From contig MU004196.1 of the NCBI GenBank assembly GCA_010093605.1, positions 828,606 through 892,605 of the forward strand: a DNA stretch of 64,000 nucleotides, read 5' to 3'. Below are positions 24,339 to 38,166 of this stretch, piece after piece; positions within the stretch are counted from its first letter, which is position 1, and every line of letters starts with the position of its first letter. The position numbers were made by a program, and so were the translations under genes. Origin of the DNA: Lophium mytilinum (taxonomy: Eukaryota). Below the pieces are notes generated by a model. It saw only the letters and a list, made by a program, of their open reading frames with translations, had not been told where the DNA came from and searched no databases.

Positions 24339-26650
24339 TCAAAGCTTACTCTTGAAGTCTCGACTCTCATCTTTCTTGAACAACACACTGCTTTCCGGGT
24401 ACGGATCGACCGTTATGGAGTTGAGTGGATTCAGTTCAGACGCTCTGTGGAATAGGTCCTCGTATACTTTGCCGTCGTACCTACCGAGGCTTGAGTCCAA
24501 TTGCCAATCGGGGAAATCCCAAGAGTCGACTAGTCGAACAGCATGCGGCCGAATCTCCTTGAGAAGTTTCATCACTGTGTTCGTCCGCGCTAAGATGATT
24601 TGCCGTACGGTAGTTGCTCCTGACTGGTAGAATTCAGAGCTCTCTTGCTCTAGTGTGTTCAACGCAAACAAGCGGAATAGCTTGTGGAGGACGGTACGAG
24701 TCTCCTCATCCAAAGCATCCGTCGTAGAAGATGACTGGAGGGCCTCATAGAAATTCTTCACCACGAGATATTGTGAGTGGGCCTTGCTTAGCCTGTAGAA
24801 GTCGACGAGAAGATCATTCCAGGCTTTCTTCTCTTCGTCTCGGTGCTTGTAGGCTTCGAAAGTAAGGTAAGCAGTCCGCCAAGCGAAGGCAGCGACTAAA
24901 TCTTCGTCTTTGCCGATGATGTCGAAAGCAGCTCCCATATCAGATCGTGCAAGAAACTCTGTAAGAATTTGAGTGGTGTCGTTGGTCGGCTTCTCCCCCT
25001 TTTTGACAGAGCGGGCTGATTTCAAGAGCTGAAAGTTCGCATTAGAAAAATGAACTCGGGAAACTGGACGATGACACTCACATATCGTGCGACTTGTTGC
25101 GATAACATATAGTTGTCACCCTCCCAGGTCGTGGTCGGAAGATAATCAGCATACCATGGCCCAATGCCACTGAAGCTGCTGTATCCGTGACCTCCGCAAG
25201 CTCTCCGGCACACCTCGAGGCCTTCCGCAGCAATCGAACTGGCCAAAGACTTCAAACCACATGAAGCGGCATGTAAGTCGGCGAGAGAGTCGCTTCCAGC
25301 ATGCGTTTCCTCGGGACCGGCACCACGGTCAGCAGATGCCGCGTTGGCATTTCCATGGATCTTCTTCTGGCTCTCCGCATAGAATCTCATCATGCCTTGG
25401 CCTGTGAAATGCAGAGCAAAGGTTGCTGCTAGAAGCGGAAGTAGTCGAACTTGAACCATTGTGTAGTTGAGGACGGCAGTCTCTCCTTTCTCCGATTGTG
25501 GAGCGTCGCGATCTTGGAATTGGCGTCTGATAGCACAATATCTTGTCGCTATCGTCACTCCTCGAGCTAGTACGGACCCGCTCTGGAGCACTATATGGGA
25601 TCGTACCCATGTGAGAGTGCCATATACCAAGGACGCGGACATTGGCCTGACATATTTGTTTGTGGCTGGATCAACGCTTGAAAATCTGCCATGGTTATCA
25701 GAAATCGAATCACCCCCCCGTAAGTAGACGACTCACCGTGCCAACATGTTCACGTGTGGGATTTTGACGTGATTGAATAGGAGAAAGCCGTTATCCATGG
25801 TGTTGTAGCCGAACTTCGGTCCAATGTCACCTACATGAACATTTTCCAGTGGCTCATGAGTCTTCAAGTCTCGAACTTGCACGACGAAAGGATGTGGCCC
25901 AAAAGGTTTGCCACCGATAATTAACTGTGCCATAACAACGGCGTAATTCGCTGTGCGACCTAATGACCCAATCCACCACTTACTTGCTGTCAGATGAGGA
26001 GAATGGATTATGAAGGTCCTGTCTTCCGGGCTCCACGTTGCACTAGTCGATATCAATCAGCTCTGTCGACCTGAAAGCTTCTGTCTAGTACGGAAACACT
26101 TACGTCGTCTCCAAGCCGCGCACATTTGAGCCATGGCCGAGCTCCGTTTGAGCGTAACACCCAATGATCTGATAGTTCTCTGCCTTCTTCAAGAAAAGTT
26201 TGTGCTGCTCGGGAGTACCTTGATCCCGTAGAGTGATCTGTTGAGAAGTTAGAAACATCAGTCGCGGACAATTTGGCTTAGTCTCACCAAGAACATGGAC
26301 TCATGCAACCCATAAGGCCCCGGTTCGCTGATGAGGTCGTTTGCGACAATGGAATCTTCCTGGTCCCAGCCATGCTGGACCTTCAATTGCCGCAGTCTCT
26401 TGGCTCTAGCCAAAGCTGTTTCAAAACGATCGACCCGTCCGGCAAAGTAGTTCTGGTTTTTGTTGAACACCTTCTCGGACTCAAGAACTTTAAGGACCCG
26501 GCGCTTCCGTTCGATAGCTTCTTTTGTGAATAGGAATTCTGAAAGCTTCGCCACTGGTACAGAGGACTTGTCGCGCTCAGACTGGAGGAGCTCATGTCCT
26601 TGAGGGCCCGCAGGCTTCAATGCTTGCACCCAAGGTGGATTTGGAGTCAT
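24339..26650 (-). CDS. POX1: Peroxisomal acyl-CoA oxidase
   Basis: GCYAQTELGHGSN, KWWIG, GDIGPKFG..MDNG, CRRACGGHGYS, TWEGDN, SSLGRYDG. C-terminal PTS1 SKL; multi-exon. Confidence 0.95.
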
Positions 26651-27714
26651 TTTTAGCTGAGAAGAAGAAAGTAATAAGATTGATGTTTGAGAAAGCATCG
26701 ATGATGACTTTCGAAGTCGTTAGGGCCAATGGGCACTAGTGCACTAGCTCAACCGCGGTAGAGTGATTTTGCAGCGGGGTCTCAAACTCGGAACCCTCTT
26801 AGGACGACCGACATCCAAACACCTTGCCGAGGCAGACCTCACATCTCGACTCGAAGATTACTTTTTGCAAATGAGGTACCTAGGTAAGATTGTCAGACCT
26901 GTGAAGGGCTGGGCCGATGTACACCGTGATAGCCTTTGCATCACATGTTGATGATGAATGAGGCATGAGAGCGCTTCGGATGGTGGCAAGGACACGTTAC
27001 GCGTCAATCAAAGGCTGGGTGAATATACGATGCGAAATTTTGACATTTTGTAATGGTGTGAATGAAGCACTGAGACAGACAGACGGGAGTAAGTATTTTC
27101 TGCACATGTGGAGTCAGCACAGCCTGAATCGTAGCCTGGAGCTTTTACGTTATGTCCTGATCTCAGATGGAGCATTGGAGGCTGGCATACAGTGGCACAT
27201 ATGTAAACACACGACATAGTCTGATCTGTAGTGCTGTTGCCTCCATAGCTTGTCCTGCTAATTGATGTAGTGTTGGGGGGGCCGGTCAGACAGTGGTGAA
27301 CAGCTCTGCAGGTATCATTCGATAGCTGTTCAAATCAGACTCTTCTAAGCTTTACATCATGTTCTGTTTTTGTATGGTTGGTCGGGGCCCGTCGAGCAGC
27401 GCTAGGAATGTTGCAAGCATTTGTCAAAGCTGAATTCGAATCGCATTATGTAATCCTTGACATCTTCTCTAGATTGCGGATATGGGATTCGAGTGCGTCG
27501 AGCGCGGTGAGAAGGTGCACGCAAATTGCTTGCCTGAATCGTAGGTCTGAAGTTTTTGTATTACACCTCCATCCTCGAAACTTCATTAGAGCAGCTCAAC
27601 TAGTCGCAGAAGATTACCAAGGCAAGACTTCACAGTATGAAACTTGACGAGTGCCATAACGTTACAGCATTGCGACGTGAAAGCTTGGACATCTCTCTCA
27701 ACCTTCTAATTCGA

Positions 27715-28900
27715 ACGCTCGGAGACGTGACATCCACCTCTTGTATAAACAGCAAGGTTTACGGGTGTCTCACGCTTCTTACTAGTGCATCAGTGCGCAA
27801 TCCTCGTCCTTCCAATTCACGGGCTGCAGTATATGTCATCTATCTTTTACGTAGAAAGCAAGGTCTACGAACATTCTACAAGTTCTTGCTATCAGGTTTG
27901 CACTTTATGTCCTTCCTTCCTATAAGTGGCCTCCCGAGCATGACATCCGCCTTTTTGAAAAGGCATTAGTCCAGGGGGGTTCAAACAATACACGCGATGC
28001 GTCAGCGCACACCTCTCATCCTTCCAATGTACGCGCTACGGCGTCTCACATCCATATTGAACGTAAGACGCAAGGCTTAGGAACTTTCTACGTTGTTTTC
28101 GTGTTAATTTAGCACACCTCTTCCCCTTGTTCAATACACAGCCCTAAGAACTTGACATCCAGATCCGAGAAAGGCATATGCTTCAAGGGCACAACAAGCT
28201 TCTTAAACCAATTTGGGGAATCTCACGATATCGGCGTTCGACTTTTTTTATCCTAGACTAGATATTTGTTTCCATCCTGCGGATTCGCGACCTCTCGGAC
28301 CCAACTTGCACCTCCTTAAAAGCTGCAAAGCCCAGGGGACACTGCCAGTCTTTTCACGGGACTTGAAAACAACATAGCACCTGTCAAGATATAAAGAATC
28401 GAGCGACATATTACTAAGGTTTAGCGTCCAGTTCCGCCGCTCTAATATATGGCCTCTAAGCTAAGGCAACTACCTTTATCAAATGCCAAAGGTCCTGGGG
28501 GACCGCAAGTCTTTTAAGAATGCGTCAAAAGAATGCAATCAATACTACGATACTAACGCTCGATCGATACAGCTAGCTTTTATTATCCTTTGCTTCCCGA
28601 CCTGATTTATGGCCTCCTAGGCGTGACATCAGCCTCTTCGATAAGCTAATGGCCCTAGAGCACCGCAAGCCTTTTACAAGACCGCCAAAGCGATGCAGTA
28701 AATTTCCTAATGCTAGTTGTCGATAATGGTAGTTCCAGACTTAAGCGAGCTTTACGGCATTGTGTTGCAATACCCCCCCTTTAAGGCGTTCATCAGGCAA
28801 ATCATCCCCTTCCTTCTAATCTATGCCCTCTCGGGCGTTACATCCGCCTCAGTAGAAAATCAAAGATCCAGGGGCGCTCAAAACACTTAATGCTACGGCG
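27715..28900. repeat. Degenerate tandem repeat array, units about 150-214 bp
   Basis: Anchor TGACATCCRCC-like motif at ~27728, 27941, 28153, 28302, 28464, 28624 and 28838. The first two units align over their length (e.g. TCCTTCCAAT...GCAAGG...TTCTAC). Confidence 0.7.
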
Positions 28901-31900
28901 AAACAGTAAAGAAAGTACCATGAGATCAACGCGCAATGCAATAGACGTGAGCATTGAGCGGGTTTACAGAGCAGCGTCACGTTATACTCATTTCACATCA
29001 TCAAGGACCGTCTAATCGCGAGTCCCAAAAACCACAGTTTTCAATTCTCTGTTGGCGACGTCTCGACCACCACGGGACCAGCCCGGGCGTCTCTGCTACG
29101 GCTCAAAGTTTGCCGTTCTCCCCCCCGATTCTCATCCCCTCACCCCCTCTCCCCCCTCACGCGGCGAAGCACCGCCCCCAGCAACACTAGCACCAGCCAA
29201 TCTCTCCTCTCCTCGGATCTGATTTGAACGTTAGCGTACGAAGGATTAGTTTCGAGGGTCAATATTACCTCCACGGCCGCCGACCACGGCCGCCGCTCCC
29301 GCTCCCACCCCACCGGCCCCCGCAGCTCCCCCAACTCCCGCAGCTCCACTCCCCCCGGCGCCAGACTGCGGGCGCGCGGGCTCCTCCACGCTCCGCAGCA
29401 GCACTTCCGCGCGGTACAGGCTCGCCAGCCCCGGGACGCTCAGCAAAATTGCCCTCGAGGGACGCGGCGTGGCGGCGGGCGCGGCGGCAGGCGTGTTGGA
29501 AGTCATGGCCGATTTGAAGGCCGGAAGCTGGTGTCGAGGACGTGGATGTTTAAATGAGGCTTGTTTGCTTGAGGTTTTGTAGTTTTTTTGCAGTCTTGCG
29601 GACGGTTTGGAGGTTGTGGCGATGCGGCGATGCGGACGGTGCTGTGGAGGGAATTGGAAGGCCAGGAAAGAGCCTTTATACCCCAGCGCGGAGATCGAGC
29701 CGTTATCATGGCATTGTTGAGGCCGTGCAAACTGGTTGGGGTAGCTTCGTAACCCTATCGTGACTTCCAGAGGGGTTGTGGGCTGGCTCGGGATCGGACT
29801 GGACTGCTACGCCTCCAGGAAGCTCGAGCTGGCGTCAAAGGGGCAGCTGTTCGTAGAGACAAAACTCTGCGTAGTCCATAAGGATACTATCTTGCTCGTG
29901 AACGTGATGTACTATTTGCTATAAGGGGCCTCAAGCTGTGGGTGGTATCGCTCTGCGGGTGCGGAGGTGATGCTTTTTGCAGCGCAAGGGACCAGCTTGC
30001 GCTTCGTCTGCGTGCACTCTGCATCTCCTGTGCGGCCTTTGAGGCAGCAATAAACCTATGAGACTTATCAGGCCGCTTTCGTTGTGTTGAGAGTGTGGCC
30101 AAACTTCCTCTTTTGACTGCAGCTCTTCTGGCCGCATCGCGGGACCAGCGAGAGACGCAAAACACCAGAGGCAGACGACAAGAGCAAGATCGCGCACACC
30201 CTGTGGCAGCAGCGCTAGGAGCAGAATTAGCAGTAGCATTCTTCAGCGCAAAGCAAAATGGAGCCTCCACGGTGTCGAAGCCCACGGAAGAGCACGCAGC
30301 CTACCAACCACCATCCTCTCCGAAGGCCCCGACAACACCTCCTACCAATGACCACGCATCGAGACAGCATAGACGCAGTAGCGCCATACTGCAGCGACCG
30401 AATACGCACATCCCTTGCGCAGGTTGCTTCGACAGCACACGATAAGGCGGCAGAAGCCTCGCGAGACAAGATACCATAACCAAGACACAACTAGGCCGCT
30501 GCCATGCTGGAGGGAATGCACTACTTGTCGCGCATCACATGGCCACGGCTACTCACATAATCCGATACTACTTGCTAGAAGCGCAGCTGCCTCAGGCTGT
30601 ACCGAGATGACCTATCTGCGATTGCAACTGGCGCATGAGACCCCCGCATTCTGCCAAATATATCTCGCTGGCTGGGCCATGGCTCTGGAGACATTCGACA
30701 CGGGGCGCACCAAGACGCAGCACCGGTACACGGAATACTACACGAAAGCCCGAGCTGGATCGTACGGAAATGCGCTTCGAGGGGTCGAGGCAGGCAGCAT
30801 ATTGGACAAGATAGCCACGGAGCAGCGGACCTCCAGAAGAGCCGGACAATTAGGGGACAGGAGAGTCGAGGCTTGAACAGTCCTTGAGGATGGGCCGCTT
30901 TGTTTACACAGCCCGAACGCAATGGAGCATACTGAACCGCAGATACCAAAGCTCTTCGCAGGACTTGCGTTCACGCATAAAGACGAATGCCGAAAAAGGG
31001 GTACGCCCAGCAAATAAAGCTAGTCGTGATCCGAATCACTTCGGGCGGGCTCAGCCGTTTGGTTGATTACCGGGGCTCTTCTTGCAAGGAACAAAATGAA
31101 GGAAAAAAGAGAGATAATATGCTTGTTTGATCGGAAAGAGCCATGCTGACTAACGATTCGGACATGAAGACAAGTTGACCGGAAAACCGAGGGAAAAAGA
31201 AGTTTGAAGTATGCCGGAAGACGTACTAAGCGCGCAAAAAGCTATAAGTCTAGAACATGGAGAACCATGGATCGATCTAGGGCATATTTCTCGACTTGAA
31301 ACGGGATGCCCCTGACTTGATCTCATCCAAGGTCCGATAATCTCGATCTGTGAGTTATTCCTACCCTGAGAGCAGATCATTGAGAGGCGATTAGTCTCTG
31401 TATTGAGCTACCGTTCGTTCAAAATCTAGACATATCCATGGTAAGAGGCATTCTCATGTTATTTCCCCTTACTGTTGCTTATTGTTGCCATGATTAGCTA
31501 TCATCAGGCTAAAATCGGTCGTTGTTCCCTTGCATTTCTTTACTTCCTCTAAGCCCTCAGGGTTTGAGTTCGATCTCGTATTGCCGTCCATTGTAACTTT
31601 TCTCCTTTTTCTTCTTTTCCTCTTTCTCTTCTTTTCCACTACTTCTTCTTTTCCTTTCCTTCGAATTAAACTACTAACGCTTTTGCTTCATGTGCATTTG
31701 GGATGTCTTCATAGCTGAGATCAATTGGTCCCTGTTGTGTCTTCGCTTGAACTCCCTTTGGCGCTTCTTTAGTCAATGACTTCCGTTGTAACCTCGATGT
31801 TGTCCCACACGCACCCTCTTCACATGACCTCGCGTTGTGCTTGACCTCGGCCTTCGGACGCCGTTATGGATGTCAAGGTCTCGAGACTACGTATTCCTCA

Positions 31901-33983
31901 ATCCAAGGAGGCGACCCATTTGCGGGCGGAAGTGCTACTCTCGGTCCCCGACAACATACCAAGATACGAATGGCGAGTGAGTGGCATCTTCCGTGGTGAT
32001 GCTAGTGCTCTGGTCCCACCCCCGAACTTTATGCCACCGTTTCACACGATTTTTCCCCAGTCCACAAGCCTCTGGAGACAAGCCCTAAGCGTGAAGGTGG
32101 ACTCTGCACTCAGCCTTGGGCCACTTGCCCACTTGACGACAAACAAATATTCTCTATTTGCTTGTTTGAAATGAAGGTGCCGGGGCGATTGTTCTTGTGG
32201 ATGCCGCCTCTTCGTATCGGTCGTTGGTTTGATGCTCGATCTGCCCCCTGGCCGGACTCAAAGAGCCACCTGGTTATGCCAATTGATCATCTCGTCGAGT
32301 GTGTTGTGACTTCGATTGGACGGGCGAGGTGTTGTGGTTGCTGGGTGTGACACCGACCTGACCTCCGAAATAGCTTCGTTCGGCGGACGCGTCGTGATCC
32401 AGGTCGACTGGGCCTCGGCAGAATCCGGAAAGATACGAGTTCGAGGCTCTGGTTCTCATATCTGTTAAAGGAGTACGAGGCAACGTCTGGCGTTGTGTGG
32501 TGACCGAGTTGGCGGACTGAGTTTGCGAAAAGAGGGTCAATCCGTCAACCTCCGATGGAGATCCGGACCAACCCAGGTATTCTAGCAGCCCATCCACAGC
32601 ATCGGCTCCATCAAGCACCACACTGTCCGCGGATGATTCACTGGGCTGTCGGCTCATAAGACCTTGTAGAAGAGAACGAGTTGATGATGGTGGAGCAAAG
32701 CTCCGGAGCCTGCCAGGGGTCTGGCTATCAAGACCCAACAAAAGTCACAAAATCCAAGATCTCAGGGCTTCATGGCCAACCCCACTAGACGGTAACGGAC
32801 GGCTAGTCGCCATGAGATCAAGCATCATCGGGTGAGTTCTGCAAGGGACGAGGGGCATTTCTCGAAGTCGGGCACGAGTCGGAGGTTTTAGAACGCTGGT
32901 CAAAGCATGGACAGTCAACACGAATCATATTCCTAGCTAGAAACCCCCGCAGCGGGACCACGAAGCTCTCCGCAATGTGGCTCGCACTCGCCAATTACTG
33001 GGCGGTGGTGCCCTTCCGGATCTGATGAATGGAACAACACTCACGAAAGGGGATTGACCGGCCCCAGGCATGTCTAGAGGTGCGAAGTGCTCCTTGTCCG
33101 GGGCAGTGCTATTCTAGAGACGGTTGGGAAGTGCCCACGATGAGAAAGGAGGCGTCAGTTTCACGATATACTTTCACGGTATACTCGACATCCGCTCGTT
33201 CGAGGACCGGATGCTATGCAGCTTCTCTGATATCTAGCTCCCCCCACGACAGCAGACCCCTTTCTCCCATAGACAAAGCTTCACTGCAGTCACGAGAGGT
33301 CCCTCATATCTTCTCAGCCATCCCCAGGGTGCCACCATTTCCCTCAAGCCCTGTACCTGGATCTAGGCAGCCAGACACACTTGAGACGGATCAGAAAACG
33401 CCCACCGCGCTTTCGCCCGTCAAAACAGGGCGTTCTTACTCTCATTTTGATGCCTGAGACCCATGAAGCGGACTCAGCCTGCCTTATGCTCTGGCTGCGG
33501 CGCAGTGGAATGCAGCATTATGACAGCCTGCTTGGCCCTGTGGTTACACAGAGTCGTAACAGGCCAAGCAGTGACAATAGGCTCACTGCAGCCAGCCGCT
33601 GTGATGTTTATCGTAGTGAATGGCCCTTGTGCCGGTGAATCTGGAACTGTGGCGCGGTCCACCCCGTCCCTTTTCGATTAGCGCCATGACGATTTGTCGC
33701 TCGGCCTCGCTGCCTTTGCTTCCTGCATAACACACGACACTCCCCTCAACCCTATTCTCCCCCCATATCTCACCTGCGCCGCTGAGGAGACGCTATCTGT
33801 GGAGGACAACGAATCTCATCTATCCCACATACCTTTCCAAGGCACAGACCTACTTCTCAACTCTGGAACCGCACCCCCACCATCACCTGGCCTAAATCTA
33901 TGCCCGCAAAGCGCAATCAACTCACACTCCGTCTTTCGCTCCCAAAACACGTCCTTTCGAAACTCACGTAGGAAGTGAGCAGG

Positions 33984-35814
33984 ATGGGGCAAACTCTTTC
34001 TGAGCCCGTGGTCGAGAAGGTTAGTCGTTCCATCCCGGCGCCTCTACGCCCCCGCTACAGGCGCTCGGCCGCTGCGTGCAAGCAACGACTCTGCCCTGCG
34101 GCGCCCTAGAGCAGCGTAGAACATGTCCTTTCACACGGAATCTTGCTGACATTTGAATTGTTCCAGCACTCTGACAATGGCGAGGGCGAAACCCTCATCT
34201 TCGGTGTTTCCTCGATGCAGGGCTGGCGCATCAGCATGGAGGACGCGCACGCTGCCGTTCTCGACTTGCACGCCGACGGCGCTGAGACAAGCAAGAAGGT
34301 AGCCGCGACCCCCCTGGACCAGCGGCTTAGCTTCTTCGGCGTGTACGATGGCCACGGAGGTGACAAGGTGGCTATCTATACCGGGGAATTCCTTCACAAG
34401 ATCGTGGCGAAGCAGGAGGCCTTCAAAAAGGGTGACATTGAACAAGCCCTGAAGGACGGCTTCTTGGCTACTGATCGAGCCATTCTTACCGGTAAGAAAA
34501 TTCCTCCGCCAGGCCTTCACAGAGCTGACTCATCTCCGCAGATCCTAGGTACGAAGAGGAGGTATCTGGATGCACGGCTTCTGTCGGCATCATCTCGAAG
34601 GACAAGATCTGGGTGGTGCGTGTTCCTTCGCAAATGAGAGATGATCTCCGCTAATTGTCTCAGGCGAATTCTGGTGACTCTCGGAGCGTCCTGGGCGTCA
34701 AGGGCCGCGCAAAGGCACTGTCGCATGACCACAAGCCGCAGAACGAAGGTATGCTCGCTACAAGCTTCGACACCTTCTGAGGCTAATTATATGCAGGCGA
34801 AAAGGCACGGATCCAGGCGGCCGGTGGATTTGTTGACTTCGGCCGTGTGAACGGCAACCTGGCACTTTCTCGCGCCATTGGTGACTTCGAGTTCAAGAAG
34901 AGCGCCGACCTCCCCCCCGAGCAACAGATCGTCACTGCATTCCCCGACGTGAGCACACACCAGCTCTGCGAAGATGACGAGTTCCTCGTCATTGCGTGTG
35001 ATGGTAAGATACTCTTCTCCTGGGGCACCGAACCCAGCTAATATCTTCTGATTAGGTATCTGGGATTGCCAGTCCTCCCAGGCCGTAGTCGAATTCGTAC
35101 GACGTGGTATTGTAGCAAAACAGGAGCTCTCCGCCATATGCGAGAACATGATGGACAACTGTCTTGCTTCCAACAGCGACACTGGCGGCGTTGGCTGTGA
35201 CAACATGACCATGATTGTCATTGGTCTTCTCCAGGGCAAGACAAAGGAGCAGTGGTACAAGGACATTGCTGCGAGGGTCGCCGAGGGCGATGGACCATGT
35301 GCCCCCAAGGAATATGGTATGTGACAGTGCGATTTCTTAACGATTTTCCAAAAGGCAGGAAGGCTAATGTCTCTGTCCTTGTGCAGCGGAGTTCCGTGGT
35401 CCAGGCGTTCACCACCGCGTTGACGACAGTCCCGATGATCTCGATATGGATTACGACCATCGCTTCCGGCCCAACAGTGGGTTGGGCGGTCGCATCATCC
35501 TTCTGGGAGATGGTACCGAGATCACGAGTGAGTCCGCGGACAGTGAGATGTTTGATCATGACGAGGAGGACAAAGACTTGGATCATCAAGTTAACCCTCA
35601 TGATTCAGTACCGATTGCTGGCTCCGGCGACAGCGGTGCCGCAGTCCGCAGCATCCGCGAAGCAACTCCGGGTCCCAAATCGACGAACGAATCCGCCAAC
35701 TCTCCCTCGTCAACCGGCACTGAGAAGTCAGAGACCGTCCAGGAGCCAAAGCCAATTTCTCCGACCGACAGCCGTCTTCCGGAGAAAATCGTCGAGGGTG
35801 TGAGTGAAAAGTAG
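33984..35814 (+). CDS. PTC2: Protein phosphatase 2C (Ptc2/Ptc3 type)
   Basis: [69 protein letters not shown]. Multi-exon. Confidence 0.93.
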
Positions 35815-36626
35815 AACCAGCAACACATGGCTCGCTTTTCACGCCCCTAAGTACAAAAGGTTTCATGTTTCTTCAAGCTCACGAGGCATGCGGCAGGGCG
35901 AACTTTACGGATTGTTTCATGTCACTCGGGGAAAGGTCGTTGCTAAATGGAGGCTCCATAAGTCGAAGAGAAAGAAGGGAAAGTTTGACGATGATGATGG
36001 GTCATGAGGAACAACGGCCAGACTAACGGCGTCACACAATTGGGGATTATGCCATGATACCGGACGCAGCCACGTCGATTTCTTCCCCCCAGTGTTTTCT
36101 CTCAATTCAATTCTGTCCCCCTCGGTTTTGTATTGCTCGCTATGCGAGTCTCTTGGTGGGAGGTGCTTCTCTTGATCATACTCCCTTGCAGCATCTTGTC
36201 TGGTTATAGCGGAGTTGTCTCCTTGCACCCCCTTGTTTTGTCAGCGATAGAGATAGGTATGGGTTGACACCCTAAGACTCATGGGCGAAGCCTTTTGATA
36301 ACCACTCAATTCGACTCAGTGACACAACGGACCTGATTTTCAACATGAACAGATATGAGAGCAAGTCAATAAGGCACGTGACCACTGGATTTTCGTTCCA
36401 TCCCTTTGTCTGGTGAGTCTAATAGTCCCTTATCACAAGCCCTTGATATCAAGTACTATCTATTATTTACAGACTCTTCAATAATCCTTCGTTGCTCATC
36501 TAAACACGATAACTACACATAGCGATCTTAGCAATAACTCAGACCTCGGGAAGGGTCGGAGAATACTCCGTTTCGAACGAGAACTTGAATTATCAGCCCA
36601 ACGCTTCCGATACGTCATAGACTGCT

Positions 36627-38166
36627 TCATAGTTTCGACTTTGTGGGAAGAAGTTGGTAGTTCTTCTCAAATGAGTCTGGGTTGATATTAGCACCTGCAG
36701 CATTCCGTTTTGAGCAGAAAACCGCATACCTAGGGCCTTCCGGTTGATCTGATCGATATTCTGGAAGCCAGCCACATTCATCAGAATGTCGAATTCAGCT
36801 AACAGGCTTTTCATGACATGTCGCACTCCATGTTCGCCCATAATGGAGAGGCCCCATATCCAGAGCCGACCCACGAAAACGATTTTGGCTCCGAGTGCTA
36901 GGGCTTTGAAGACATCGGAGGCGCTCCTGATGCCTGAGTCGAACATGATGTAGGTTTTGTCTCCCACCGCTACATTTCTTTATTAGCAACGTTTCGTTAC
37001 AGGATTTTAGTACTCTTTATACTCACCATCAACAATCTTCTCCAACGCGTCCAGACTCGCAACTAGATGCCGTCAGTGCCTCATTTGTATATTTCATATT
37101 TATATCAAACTTACCAGCTCCATCCACCTGTCTTCCAGCATGATTACTCACCACAATCCCCTCACACCCAATCTCCACCGCCATCTTCGCATCCTCTACA
37201 CTCTGAATCCCCTTCAAGCAAAACGGCAATCCCCCTGAAACCTCCCGCCACACCCCCATCACCCACTCCACCTTCTCCCAGGTATGCGCACGCCCATGCC
37301 ACACATTATCAATCCACAGCGCGCCCGCCTCATTCGGCTGCTTAACCGGATCAATCCCCTTCTCCCTCAACCGCTTCTGAAACACCGGATCGCTCAAGCC
37401 CAACTCCGCGCCCGTCCCATGATAAAACGCATAATTACTCGTCGCGACATCATCATGCCGCCAGCCCAGCTGCCACGTATCGAGGGTTAGTATACACGCC
37501 TTAAACCCGCTATCCACCGCCCGCTGCAGCAGCGACCGCGTCAGCTCGTCATCATGCGGCATGTACAACTGGAAAAACCGCAGCCCGTCCCCGTTCGCGT
37601 TCCCTACGTCTTCGATGCTCTGTGAGCCTGCGGTGCTGAGGCAGTAGGGCAGGCCGAGCTCGCCCGCTACTTTCGCGACGGGGAGCTCGCCGTGCGGGTG
37701 GTAGATTTTGTTGATGCCGATCGGGGCGAAGCCGATGGGGGCGGGGACGGTGTGGCCGAAGATGGTGGTGCTGGTGTCGCGGGTGTTGGTGTCGACGAGC
37801 ATGCGGGGAATGATGCGGTGGCGGTAGAAGGATTGGCGGTTCGCGGTGTGGGTGTGGGAGAGGCCGGCGTTGGAGGAGGCGTAGAGCCAGCCATTTTGGG
37901 AGAGGTGGGATTTGGCGAGGGCTTCGAGTTTGGCGGGGTCTGTGGGGGGTTGTAAGAAGGGGGTGGATGATAAATGGGAGGGAAGGTTTGGGGGGATGGT
38001 CAAGGGGTATTGTGGAGAGCTTGCGATGGCCACATGGCTTGGGGAGAGATGTACCAGTGTTGAAAGGAACGGTCTCGCCGTCGTTGCTTCTCCAGAAGTT
38101 TTCACGCTGGTAGAGGCCATATTGTGGTGATGATCTCTTTTCGCGGTTGGGGTTTTCGGGATCCAT
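36627..38166 (-). CDS. FMN-dependent alpha-hydroxy acid oxidase/dehydrogenase (lactate oxidase-like), peroxisomal
   Basis: APIGFAPIG, FFQLY, LTLDT, LKGIQ, IVVSNHAGRQVDG, FDSGIR..DVFKALALGA..VGR. The spliced C-terminus ends TKSKL. Confidence 0.92.

Noticed and set aside
24339..38166. Two SKL-ending peroxisomal oxidases as a metabolic cluster
   Set aside because: They are 10 kb apart and separated by PP2C and non-coding DNA, and there is no backbone biosynthetic gene. Likely coincidence.
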